From the human T2T-CHM13v2.0 reference genome, Homo sapiens, in the NCBI RefSeq assembly GCF_009914755.1, contig NC_060928.1: DNA of 64,000 nucleotides, one strand, 5' to 3'. Every line of letters starts with the position of its first letter. Positions within the stretch are counted from its first letter, which is position 1. Position numbers and translations under genes: made by a program. The notes under the pieces were generated by a model. It saw only the letters and a program-made list of their open reading frames with translations, ran no database searches and was not told the origin of the DNA. This document shows positions 49,990 to 63,352 of this stretch, in pieces.

Positions 49990-50705
49990 GTGTTGTTGTC
50001 TTTGTCTATTCATGGTGTTATAACAAAATACCATAAACTGGATGGTTAAAAAGAGAAATCTATTTCTCACTGTTTTAGAGTTTGAGAAGTTCAAGATCAA
50101 GGAATTTACATGCAAAGATGAGGTGAAAGGACAATATAAGCAAGTATGTACACAAGTAAAATACGCAGATTTGGTCTTACGGTGGTTATAAAATATGTCC
50201 AGAAATTCTTGGAGATTCATGTCTTCAGAAGGTAGGCCCTAAAACCCCTTACTGTTAATGTGGTCTGGATTTAGGAACTCACTCCTAATGAATAGAAAAA
50301 TGTGACTTAGGAGACTAGGTCACAAAAAGCATTACATCTTTTTGCTTTCTCTTGAATTATTTGCTCTGAGGGAAGACAGCTGCCAAGTCATGAGGATACC
50401 AAACTTCTCTGTGGAAAGGTCACAGGGCTAGGAAGTGAGGTATCTGGCCATAAATAGGAACTTAGGCCTTCTATCCACGGAGGTGTAAGCAATCTTGGAA
50501 GCAGATCCTCCAGCTCCCATTAAGTCTTCAGATGACATTTTGATTGCTACTTCATGAAAGACCTTGTGTCAGATTCACCCAGATAAGCCACTTCCAATTA
50601 TTTCATGAGTAAACGCTTGACTCATTAAATTATAAAATAATAAATGTTTTCCTTAAGAACTAAATGTTGGGGTAATTTGTTACATAGAAATAGGTAACTA
50701 ATGCA
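49990..50705. mobile_element. Two MaLR LTR pieces (antisense MLT1/MST 49990-50105; sense MLT1F-like 50170-50705)
   Basis: taacaaaataccataaactgg..aagttcaagatcaagg, and ctctgagggaagacagctgcc..ggaagcagatcctccagc. Confidence 0.65.
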
Positions 50706-51489
50706 GTTCTAGAGTCATGGAAGTGGGAATGAAAAGATAGAAGGCGTTTCAAAAGAAGAATCAATAGGACTCGGTTACTGAAAGAAGATAAATACAAAGA
50801 ATGAGTCAAAGATGGCTATAAGGTTTTATATCCAGGAGTTAGGGGAATAGTGGTATCAATGAAGAAAGACGGTTAAAGAAGAAATCAATTTGGAAAATGT
50901 AATATAAATTGAGTTTTGAAATGTAGAAATTAAGATAATAACAAGACATATGGTAAATGTTCTATCGACAGTTACAAAACGAGGGCAAATACCAGGTAAG
51001 ATGTAAAGCTGCAGGAGGGTGCAGTGAAGAATTCAACAGATAATTAATAGTAAAGGAATGAATATCTTTAAAAAAAGAATTTGATAAGATCAGAAGGGCT
51101 TGTTTCTTTGAAGCTTGTGAGTACATAAAAATAGAAAGTAAAAGAAAAATTATTCAAACATCTGGATAAAATAAGCTTGGTAATAAAATGTAGAGAAGAA
51201 GAGGAAATGAGAAGGAGAAACTATTTTCACTTTAAATACAGGCATAGGCATCTAAAAGCCAATAAGGGAAGGAAGGACTGAGTGGTGGGGGGAGAGAGAG
51301 AGAAATAGAAACTAGGCAGAAGGTTTTTGGGGGGTTGGAAATTGTAATTTTTTTTTTCTCAAATGGGTAAAATTGAGAGCTTCAGAAAAAAGAGATTAGT
51401 AATTCAGCAGTAAAGCTAATAATAAAATTACTGAGCAGCAAAGAGCAAATCAGAATAATCTCTGTGGGAATAGTAATTCCACAGTATGA

Positions 51490-51926
<437 letters not shown>

Positions 51927-52599
51927 TACAGAATTTTAATCAGAAATCATTAAAGATTCCATTTACGATTAATTTTTGGTTACAAATGTATGTTCCAGTA
52001 AATTGTTATTCACTGCTGAGCTTTGAATCCTGTCTTCTGTAGCTTATTTCTTACCTTCAACTCTCAAGCCAGATAATTATATTTATTCCTAAAATCTATT
52101 ATATTTCTATCCCTTTTTTTTTTTTAACAATTATAGCCCATCTGGTTTAATATCACTGGTATGTTGTCCATCTTCCTCTAAATTGATTCAAGTCCTTTTC
52201 TTTCTCATCTCTACTTTGTTTTAATCTTTAGCATTTGCCATATGTGGGAACACCCACATTTTGTTCCCATACCAGATCTCTGCCTCAGTTTATGCTTTTG
52301 AGGAGGAATAATTCATGACAATAATAGATTTGTCTGTAATTAAAAACAAAACTGAAACAAAATTTCCTTTCTAGAGTACCTACATTATAGGTTTTTTAAA
52401 AAGTATAAACCACAGAACATTTAAAATAAGATTTAGTAATAAAAATTGAATTTATAAGATATTCATGGCATGAATTAAAGTGTTTATTGGTTAAATATAT
52501 TTAACCTTATATATTAAAATATACATGTATAAAACCTAAGTTAAAATCTAAAATATCTATAGTTTTTGAGATCATTCTTTGATTTTTTTCTAAAAAACA

Positions 52600-53345
52600 T
52601 ATTTCCTACCCAAAATAGGGAAGTACCTCAACACAATAAATGGTATATATGACAAATCCACAGCTAACATCATACTTAATGGTGAAAAATTAAAATTATT
52701 TCCTCTGAAGGTCAAAAACATGACAAGGATGCCCATTTTTGCCACTTCTATTCCATATGGTACTGAAAGTCCTACCCAGAGAAATTAGGCAAGACAAATA
52801 AAAGGCATCAAATTGGAAAGGAAGATGTTAAATTGTCCCTGTTTGCAAATGAAATGATCTAATATATATAAAACCCTAAAGACCTCATCAAAAAACTGCC
52901 ATAAACAAATGCAGTAAAACTGTATGTTCAAAACACAAAATATCAGTAGCATTTTCCATACATTAACAGCAATCTATCTGAAAAAGAAATCAAGAAAACA
53001 ATTCCATTTACAATAGCTACTAAAACAATAAAATACCTAGGAATAAATTCAACCAAGAAGGTGAAAAATCTCTATATTGAAAACTACCAAAAACTGATAA
53101 AAGAAATTTAAGAAGGCACAAATAATTGGAAAGATATCTTGTATTCATGAACTGAAGAAATTAATATTGTCACAATGTCGATACTATTCAAAGTGAGCTA
53201 CAGATTGAATGTAATGCCTATCAAAATTCCAATGACATTTTTCACAGAAATGGAAAAGATGATCCAAAAATTTGTATGGAACCACAAGTGACCCCAGTTA
53301 GAACAATCTTGAGAAAGAAAAACAAAGTTGGAGGCTTCACACTAG
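52600..53345 (+). mobile_element. L1 ORF2 fragment (L1MA/PB age)
   Basis: atatgacaaatccacagctaacatcatact..aattccaatgacatttttcacagaa. Confidence 0.85.
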
Positions 53346-53399
53346 GGCTATTATGGCACAAAAGACCAAATGGCATTTGATAACATACAGTGAACAAAG

Positions 53400-55330
53400 G
53401 AAAGGTAGAATAAACACTTGATTTTTCCTTTTATTCATTTTTTTCTTTTAGAATGAATTGAATCTACAGCATCTTCCAAAGGTGACCAAAGACTTTTTTT
53501 TCTTTACTTAAAACCATTTTGAAGTCATGAATTTAAAAAATATGTTTGATATGTTTCAATTTATTGCACATATTCTTTTTGATATCCAGATAGTCCCCAC
53601 ATGGGCCAGGGGGAGCTAACTTAAGTTGGTCCATGGGCCATTTTGATGTGACCCCAGTAATCTTGATACCTTCTCTTTGCTTTTTGTGATGACAAAGTAT
53701 TTTCTAGGCTTATCTTGTACTCTCCTGTCCCAAATCTGTAATCAATCATTTTTCCAAAGAGTCCTAGTTTCTTTTAGGAGACCTCATTGCAACTGAATAC
53801 TGGTCTTGTTTTTACTGTTTACTGAAAAGACTGAACTAGAGAATACACGTTCTTAACGAGTAAAATACATCTTGAGTTCATAAACTCTTATTTCCAATTC
53901 CAATTTAGAACTACAAGTTTATTCAATTTGAGTTTCTTCTCTTTTATGATGAAAAATTTGTTTCTTAAAGACTTTTATAATAACTCAACTGCCTTATCCT
54001 ATAATTATAAGTTTCAGAACACCACCATGAATATTATTTCTAACAATATGACTACTAGAAACAGTTTATGATTTCTTGCATTTCCTTTAATCCTTAGGCT
54101 TTATCCCACACAGTCTAATTACTATGTTTAATATCACTTGAAATAATTCATCTATGTAGTTAAGCCATCAACTTCCTATATAATTAAGTTAATTTGTTTA
54201 ATTTTACTTTTGATTTTTAGGTATTGCTTTTCAAATTTTGATTTAATTCAAAAAATAATTATATAAACATTTATATAGTTCCAAAATTAAGCTTATAAAT
54301 CTACAAAACAAGGTTCATTCAAAGAAGTCTAGCCTTCATTCTGTCCCCCTCTCTCCTCTCAGAAATTACCTTTGAATTATTTTTTGGCTCACCTCTTCAC
54401 TTTTAAAAACACAAATGTGTGTACATATGTTGGTTTATATACATACATGTATATAAACACACACAGGCACATGCACTCCTCACTCTTAGATAATAAGTAG
54501 AATACTATACATACTGTTATATTACTTTTTTTTAACTTAATATACTTCAGATATTGCTCCATGTGCTAGGATTCTAACTGGGATTACAGTGAATCTATAG
54601 GTATATTGGTGGGGGAGAATGAACATAATTATAATATTTAGCATTCTAATTAATAAACATGGTCTCTGCCTTTACTTAGACTTTCTTTAATTACTCTTAA
54701 TATTATATATAGTTTTCAAACAAAAGTCTTACATATTGTTTGTTAGATTTGTTGCTAGGTATTTGATGTTTTTTGATGTAATTATAAATTATTTTTAAAG
54801 TTTTATTTTTGAAATGTTTGTTACTGGTATGAAGATTACAAACGGTTTTTCTATATTCACTTAATAATTTGTCTAACAATTATTTTGGGTTTTTTACATA
54901 TTCAACCATGTTGTCTGTTAAGAGTGGCTGTTTTCTTTCTTTCGGTTTTGTCAACCTTTTATTTCTTTTTCTTGCCTTAGTGCACTGATTAGGACTCCAG
55001 TACAAAGATCAATAGAAATGGTAATAGTGAACTTCTTTGACATCTTGTCAGTCTTCAAAAGAATGTTATTGACATTATTTTTTGCCATTAAGAACAATGT
55101 CTGCTATAGAATAGATGCCTTTAGAAAATTAAGGAAATTCTATTCCTAGTTTTTTAAGGAATATTTTTGAAAAAATAACCATGAAGGAATATTAAATGTT
55201 ATCAAATGCTTTTTCTATATCTATTGAAAAGACCTTATGATTTTTCTCTTTTAATAAGTTAATGTTGTAAATTATATTGATTTTCTAATGTTATACCAAC
55301 TTTGCATCCCTGACATTGAGCCTAACTGGT
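53400..55330 (-). mobile_element. Ancient L1M fragments
   Basis: tgggattacagtgaatctatag and tttcttgccttagtgcactgattaggactccagtaca motifs. Confidence 0.6.
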
Positions 55331-55439
55331 AATGATTTTTTTTTGTTGTTAGTTCTTTAGTGCTCTTTGTAGATGCTTTGTATAATTCAACTTTTTTACT
55401 TGTGGTGGAGGGTTGGTTAGAATTGCCTAGTTCACCACT

Positions 55440-56600
55440 AACTCTTTCATTTTAAATATATGTCATTCCAACCTTCCACCAAAACTCCTTTTATTATGGT
55501 TAACAAAGTCACCACATGATATCAAATTAGAAGGTCCATTCTCAGTCCTTACCTTACTCAACCAATGAATAACAGATTTTTATAAAACATAATGGTTAAG
55601 AGCATAGTGTCTTTACCCAAACTGAATGTAAAACCTAGATCTGTGTATTCATTATCTATGTGATCTTATACAAGTTCCTTAACCTCCTTTGGCCTCAGTT
55701 TGGCTATCTGTAAAACATGATTAATAATGTTATACACTTTGTGGGGTTGCTGTAAAGATTAAGTACATGTAAGTTGCTTAGAAAAATGCACACATTAAGT
55801 GTTCAATAAATATCACCCATTATTGCTTATTCCTTTTCTGAATTTTTATTTTTGATTTTTACTATTTGTCTTTATTTCTATTTCTCTGGATATGCTTTCT
55901 CAGTCTCTCTCAGTGGAATAATTTTCCTAAACTTTACATTTTGGAACTCAGTCCTCACACAGTTTCCATCTCTCTATCCTCTTTTTCAACATGTTCTCAT
56001 TCCATGACTTTAAAAATCATGTGTATGTTAATGATTCACAAGTTTATAGCTCTTATTGTAATCTCCTCCCTGAATATCAACTTACATACATAATTTACTA
56101 GTTGATATCCTGACTTAAATATCTTTTGGGCAGCTCATACTTAACACCCCAAAGCAAACTTCCCGTGATTATCTCCAACCCTTTATAACCTAGTTTAAGC
56201 CACCACCATTTTATACTTGGACTATCATAGTACTAGTTTCTTTCTCCCTTCTCTTACCCTTGCCTCTTTACAGTCTATTCTTTTTTTTTTAATAGATTTT
56301 ATTTTTTAGAGTAGTTTTAGGTTTACTATAGTAAATCATATGGTGATATAGTAGATCATTCAGTGATCACATTCATCTGTTGAACATTTAAGTCTGATCA
56401 CATCACTTTGCTCAAAGCCCTCTGATCTCATTCCTATGTTGAAGCTCTTGATCTTCCCATCTCATTCAACACAAAATCTCAAGTTCATCTGAGGAAGGGT
56501 CAGAGAATTTTTTTTCAAGGGCCAGAGAACAAATATTTCAGGCTTTGCAGGCGAAATAGATTTTGTTGCAACTATCTAAACTAATATATCCAACAAAAAC
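55440..56600. mobile_element. L2 remnant with nested MIR (~55580-55830) and MER58-like fragment (~56490-56600)
   Basis: ggcctcagtttggctatctgtaaaa (MIR) and aagggccagagaacaaatatttcaggctttgcaggc (MER58). Confidence 0.6.
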
Positions 56601-56819
56601 TATTACATTTTCTGAAACATGCATGAAATTTGTAAAAAATATAATATTTGCTTTGGTTTATGACATAATATTTTTATAGTAGTTTCATAAATATTTACTG
56701 AAGAAAAAGGTAAGGTCCAGAATTATACATTTTTTAAAAAAGATTATGGCAAGGACATTAAACTATAGGTTAAAGAATTTCTTCTGTAAAACATGTCAAA
56801 CAACTAACAGTAGACTTAC

Positions 56820-57016
56820 TTTAGATTATTGATTCTAATTTCTGCACTTTCAGTAAGTTTCTTCGTTTCTTCTTTCCACCTATTGGCTGCCTTCTGTTGA
56901 GTCGCTAGGAGATGCCTCAGTTCAACAATGGAATTTCTATTACTGTCTTCCATCTCTCTCAATTGAACTTCAAATCCACGTTCCTTTATTGAAAATTCAT
57001 GTTCCATTGTACTGAT
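56820..57016 (-). CDS. SCLT1: SCLT1 coding exon (probably exon 18), 197 nt, ISTMEHEFSIKERGFEVQ...AEIRINNL(K)
   Basis: Acceptor tttag|ATC and donor AA|gtaagt. Matches ORF-track entry 56816..57007 and ends in phase 2, fitting the next exon. Confidence 0.96.
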
Positions 57017-57136
57017 CTAAAGAATAAAATGAAAACGTATTTTCTTTTTCTTTTCTTATAGGTGCTATACAGATCAATGATATATACAAAAGGAATCATT
57101 CATTATGTTGTCTGAGGGACAAAAATGTTTGGATGA

Positions 57137-57493
<357 letters not shown>

Positions 57494-58320
57494 TCATTAC
57501 AAACGAAAACTTATAATGTTATGTCAGTAAAACTAGAATTATGATGAACTATATATTTTTGCAACACTTTCCCTAACACCTTAAAATGCCAGTAAAAGAA
57601 AAGTCTATTTATTATAACATAACACTTCTCTCTTTATTTACTCTGATTTCTGTTGCCAGAATCCAAGGAAAGTGTTGATGCTGTTGGTATCTGAGTTAAG
57701 TATTTACTCAAACCACTTTTGACTTACATACTAAATTTGAAACTCTTTCAAAGGGCTTTGTAAAGTCAAAGATAATTATATACAGGAATTTCTTTACCAC
57801 TTCAGCTCCAGTATTAGTGAATGATTAATGAATGAATTATTTTTCAGGAGAAAGAGACAATATAAACAATGATTTTGAAAATCTCTTACGAAAATGTCTT
57901 CAGTACACTTCTAAGAATTTATGTCATTATAGTAAAAGCACTTTAATTGCAGCATGAACTTATAAGTAAATGCTCTTTGGATACCCTAGAAGCTTTCTCT
58001 GCTGGGGTTCAGGGAGAGAATTAAGCCCTAATGCTTTAAGGCATCCAATGTATATAATGACTTGCGTTCTTTCATCTGTGTCTACAATGTAACTACCTAA
58101 GTACCATTTTTGGGGAAATTGAGAAAAAAGTTACTGCAATATTTTTCTATGTTTTGTGGTTCAGATGAAAAACACTTGTGGAAAAAGGCAGCAAGGTGAT
58201 TTGACTTCCTTATTGTACTCTCAGGCCATCTATATTTTGCTATACTAAAGAAGTATAAAGAACACTTATTTTGTGATACTTTAATTGCTTTACAAATGTC
58301 CACAGCTGGCTAGACTTCTA

Positions 58321-58412
58321 GTAATTCATTAAATACAGTTACTTTCAAACTCAAAAAACAATGAGAGTAATTCATTAAATACGGTTACTTTCAAACTCAA
58401 AAAACAATGAGA
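58321..58412. repeat. 46-bp tandem duplication (2 copies, 1 mismatch)
   Basis: gtaattcattaaatac(a/g)gttactttcaaactcaaaaaacaatgaga occurs twice. Confidence 0.95.
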
Positions 58413-58863
58413 TCAACTTTAGTGTGTCAAAAAACACAAAACAAGGCCCAACAACAACAAAATTCTTGGCTCACTGGAGCAAACTGCAAACATTCTGTCC
58501 TTGCCACCCCTGCTAAATGCAAAATGCTTCCTAAAACTCTTCAATTTGCTTTCTCAAATAGTACACATGCAGAAATTGAAGACTTTATAAATACAGACAC
58601 TGGAAAACCAATCTTGGATGTGTTAGTTTTGTGTTGTATTACTGCTGTGCAAGCCTCCTGAGGCCACTTGACCCCTGCTGCTATCTTAATAATTTTTGAA
58701 TTATTAGATTCTGCAAATTTAGATTGCCTGCCCTTTCTCCTTCCCTTCCTTAATCTTCATCTCCTCTGGAGAAGTCATGTTGGTCTAACATCTCAGGTGG
58801 AAAACAAAAAGTACAGCCCCTGTGAGTTCTTTCTTATGAACACATGTTAAAAACTGATCTATG

Positions 58864-59183
58864 GGCCAGGTGTGGTGGCTTATGCCTGTAATCCCAGCAT
58901 TTTGGGAAGCTGAGGCAGGCAGATTACTTGAGGTCAGGAGTTCGAAACCAGCCTGGCCAACATGGTGAAACTCCATCTCTACTAAAAACACAAAAATTAG
59001 CCAGGCGAGGTGGTGGGTGCCTGTAATCCCAGCTACTCAGGAGGGTGAGGCAGAAGAATCGCTTGAACCTGGGAGGTGGCAGTGGCAGTGAGCCAAGATC
59101 ACGCCATTGCACTCTAGCCTGGGCAACAGAGCTTCTCAAACAAACAACAAAAACAACAACAACAACAAACCACATATGCACAC
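58864..59183 (+). mobile_element. AluS-type with (CAA)n tail
   Basis: TSD aaaactgatctatg. Confidence 0.94.
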
Positions 59184-60263
59184 AAAACTGATCTATGCAT
59201 CTGTACAGTTTTAGAATTTGGCTGCCTAGTTAACTCCCCATTTTCACTTGGAAAATCTATTTATCGTTTCACAAGCTTTGCTTTAAGACCCTTTATGATA
59301 ACCTGGTCCCTGCTTACTTTTACAAGCTTGTGTTGTGCCACACTATTCCCTTGCCTTTCTTTTATTTCCACTATAATGCCTTTTTATTCTTTGGTTCTTT
59401 TCACATGCTGTTTCTTTTGCCTGAAATAATCTCTTTCTGCTTACCTATTTCAACTTTTGGAACACAGTACGGTTGTCAAAACATATTTGCAGATTGAATG
59501 GTGGCTTTTTGATGTCAAAATTCAGTCTCGAACAAGCACCATAGCCTTTAGTATATACAATTCGAATTACTACCTAAATTGGACAGGTCTGTGGTAATGC
59601 TGACAGGCTAAGGGCCACAACAACTGATCTCCGATTACAAAAATTCTATTAATGATAAAATTCAGAATGTTGGATGGGAAAAGGGGTTTTATGGTCTCTC
59701 TTCTTTCTTGCTTCTTCCTTCCTTTACAGAGAAATATCCACACAAGTAGATAACTGAATTGCTGGAAACGACTCCATTTCTTAATTTTAGATGGTAATGA
59801 GGTGGAATTTAGACCATGAAGAAATGGAGAGCCCTGGCAAAAGGAGTGGTTAGAAAAGGAGAAAGCGAGGGCTGAAATCAATGCAGTGGCATTAAGATCA
59901 AATGAAAACTTCATATGATAAATTGTTAAGGTTTGTAGCCAACTGACCTCCCAATATCTCACTGTCTTTATTTTTTTGGCTTCTTTCAGTTTATCTACTG
60001 AAGATCATACTCTTTTGCAAGGGGGAGAAAAACAGCAAGGTGTAGGTGCACCAGGTTCCTATTTTGTCAAAGAAAGAATCAGTTACAAAGCAATTTATCT
60101 TACAGCCTTCTTCCTCCATAAAATAGAATTATAGCTAGTTAGTTAAGACGTTCGGCTCTTTATCAATGGCTATTCTCTTAAGCTAGATACAGATTTGGTG
60201 AGATATGTGGGGTAGATAAACTTTCTATTACTCTTTTGTTGTCCATAACATCAGTTACTATCC

Positions 60264-60529
60264 TGAAATGTTAAAGACGGATCTAGTGGAGTACTAGATA
60301 GGAAAAATTCATTGATTCCATCCCCACTCATTATAAAAAAAAGAAAGCAAAACAAATACATATTGTAAAATTATGGAAAATAACAAAGCATTAAAGTGAA
60401 ATGTTAAAGACGGATCAACTGGAGTACTAGATAGGGAAAATTCATTGATTCCATCCCCACCCATGATTAAAAAAAAGAAAACAAAACAAATATATATTAT
60501 AAAATGATGGAAGATACAAAGCATTAAAA
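60264..60529. repeat. 133-bp tandem duplication (2 diverged copies)
   Basis: tgaaatgttaaagacggatc...caaagcattaaa begins at 60264 and again at 60397. Confidence 0.93.
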
Positions 60530-60946
60530 AGACAACTATAAGGTCCCTCTATTCCCAAAACTCAGATAATCCCTTCTAACTTCTACATAATTGTTTTTAT
60601 TTATGAATTCTAAAATTGTTATTACAGTATGTAAAGGATTACTACATGTATGTGTGTATACACATAAATTTTTCAATCATAGGGTGTATCAATATAAATG
60701 CATTATAAATTATTTGGAAATATAGTTTTTAATGACAATACAGTATCTTATTAAAAACATATACACTATATGTCAAAAATATATATGTGTACACACAGGT
60801 AGTAATCCTTTATACACTATAGTAACAATTTTAAAATTCATAAATAAAAGCAATTATGTAGAAGTTAGAAGTATTATCTGAGTTTTGGGAGTAGAGGGAC
60901 TTTATATATTTTTTTTAATGTTTTGTATTTTCCATAATTTTACTAT
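60496..60946. repeat. Long imperfect inverted repeat (~190-bp arms, ~70-bp spacer)
   Basis: gtccctctattcccaaaactcagataat..ttctaacttctacataattg pairs with caattatgtagaagttagaa..attatctgagttttgggagtagagggac. Confidence 0.93.
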
Positions 60947-61270
60947 ACATATAGATGTAACATATTTACTTCTAGATATTTGGGTTGTTTCTAATTTATT
61001 ATAAATAATGCTGCAATGAACTTATTTATGAAATATTTTAATTACTTTCTTATGACTGAATTTTAGACTCTAAAGTAAATATGTACCATTTAATACTTTT
61101 AGCTGCACGTTCACTTAGAGATACTTAGCAATTAATTAATGGTGAGTTTAAACTGCTTACTGCCTACTGTTTTTTTTTCTTAGATTGCAGATTCTGTTCA
61201 ACTCTCACATGATTTTTTATTCGGTTACAAATAGTTTTCTCTTATATTTTTAAAAGCTCTTTAGATAAAA

Positions 61271-61393
61271 GCATGGGAAAACCTGCCCCCATGATTCAAT
61301 TACCTCCCACTGGGTCCCTCCCATGACACACTGGGATTATGCAACTACAATTCAAGATGAGATTTGGGTAGGAAGACAGCCAAACCGTATCAG
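61271..61393 (-). mobile_element. THE1/MST LTR 5' fragment
   Basis: cccccatgattcaattacctcccactgggtccctccc...caagatgagatttggg..gccaaaccgtatca. Confidence 0.88.
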
Positions 61394-61399
61394 GATGTA

Positions 61400-62275
61400 T
61401 GTATGTCTGGCTTTAAAAGATAATGCTACATTCCCAGCAGTATCTATCAAAGTTCTAATTGCTTTATATTCTTAAAAATACTTGATATTTTTAGTCTTTT
61501 TAATTTTAGCCATTCTGGTGGTGTGTAGTGTTATCTTGTAGTTTTAATTTAAATTCTCCTAAAAAATAATGAAGTTGAACATATTTGCCTATATGCTATT
61601 TTATGAAGTGCCTACTTAAGTCTTTTGGCCTTTTCTGGAAATGGAGTATCTATTTTTTTCTTTATTAGCTATTAGCTGTTTTTTCCTTATTAATATTTTT
61701 CTTATTAATTGGTAAAAGTTTTTATATTTTGGATATGAGTTCTCTTTTTGGTTATATGCACTACAAATACTTTCTCCCACTTTTCCCTTTCTTAATGGTG
61801 TCTTTTGGTGACTAAAAATATCTTAATTTTAGTGAAATCCAGTTCAGCTTGGATTTTTCACCATGGTTAGTGTTTTTTTGTGCTCTGTTTAAGAAATATT
61901 TCAAACCCAAAGGCAAGAAGATTTTCTCCTAGAAACTATCATTTCACATTTCACATTTAGGTCTACAAAGCAGCTCCAACTAATTTGCATATATGCTGTG
62001 ATATAGGAGTTAAGTTTTATTTTTAAAATATGGATCTGACTGATCTAGCACCATTTGTGAAGCCAGTTTTCCCCCCACTGAACTGCAATGGTGCCTTTGT
62101 TATAAATCAAGTGATTATGATAAATGAGTTTGTTTCTAGACTCAATTTTTTGCCATTGATCAAGTTGATTATTCTTATGTTGATAACACATTGTCTAAAT
62201 TATTTTAGCTTTTTATCAAGTCTTGATATCTGGCGGTATGGGTCCTCTCCTTGTTCTTCAAAGAACTCCCATAGT
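61400..62275 (-). mobile_element. Ancient L1M remnant
   Basis: cattcccagcagt, tttagccattctggtg and acatttaggtcta motifs. Confidence 0.65.
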
Positions 62276-63159
62276 CTAAAGGTCAAAGTACAAACTTCTT
62301 TTTAAATAAGACTCTCTTTTTCATTTCGGAGTTCAAGGTTTTACAAATAACTAGGGCATTTCATACCTGCAATAGGAGGCATTCAATAAATTTATGTTGA
62401 CATGAATTAGGTTGGAATATGACTTCTTAGGAGTCCTTGCAGCAATAAAAACCAAAATAAAACAGTGACATGACCTCTTCATATTCTTACTATGAAATTG
62501 GAAGATGTAGATATTTATCATAAAAAGTTAGTGCCACTTTTTACAAAAGTCTCATGACATGGGGAAAGGTAAGCAAGATGTTGATGAAGATTGTGTTACT
62601 TGAAAGTCCCTTAAAAAGAGGATCACCTTCCTATTACCAAACCATATAAGCATCAGAGGAGAAGGAAATAAGAGAGAAAAGAAAGGGAATTTGTTTTAGA
62701 TGACATTTTTGCCTCTTGCCTTCTTCCTGCCATGGAATTTTCAGACTAGTTATGAATGGTTCTCAGAGCCTACTGCTTTAACATCCTCTATACAGTTAGT
62801 TTTAGAGAAGTTCAACTTTTCAAAGGCTACTACAGAGAGAGAAGAGAGGAAGGCAGTCTGTAAAGTTATCTAATCCATGGTTTTGCTAGTGCTGCTTAAA
62901 TTGCTTTGGCAGGAATATCAGTATATTTCGTGGTTGGAAAAGAATTTTTTTGTGTGTAGCAAAGGCAATCATTTTCAAGTATGCCTGCCAAGTTCTACAA
63001 CACAGAAATGATTGGTTAACACTCTGAATTATGATTTAGTGCTATCTGATGAGAAGGCAAAAAAAAAGGGGGCCTTAAAGATGTTTTGCTAGGTCTCTCT
63101 AAATATTCTCTATACTTTGATTTTCATAAGTACACATTTAACTCTAGTCTTGAAAATAC

Positions 63160-63352
63160 CTTTACTTTGGCTTTTTTTTGAGCCTCCAGGGCAATCTTCC
63201 TTAAACTCTCAGTCTCTTTCCGTAACTGTTTATTTTCTTGCTGAAGTTTTAGCCTTTGTTCACTGACAAGCCCACAGTTCTCTCTCTCAGACTCCAATAC
63301 ATTTTGAAGTTTCTGAATCATTTCTTGGTAACGTGATATTTCTTCTGAGGAG
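63160..63352 (-). CDS. SCLT1: SCLT1 coding exon (probably exon 17), 193 nt, (x)SSEEISRYQEMIQKLQ...AQKKAKVK
   Basis: Acceptor tttttaatcag|C and donor AAG|gtattt. The peptide is coiled-coil and recognised as SCLT1, and it joins the next exon in frame (phase 0). Upstream exons lie beyond the window. Confidence 0.95.

Noticed and set aside
58321-60529. Repeated units as a CRISPR-like array
   Set aside because: Only two adjacent copies each, no spacers, no cas genes, and the DNA is mammalian intron.
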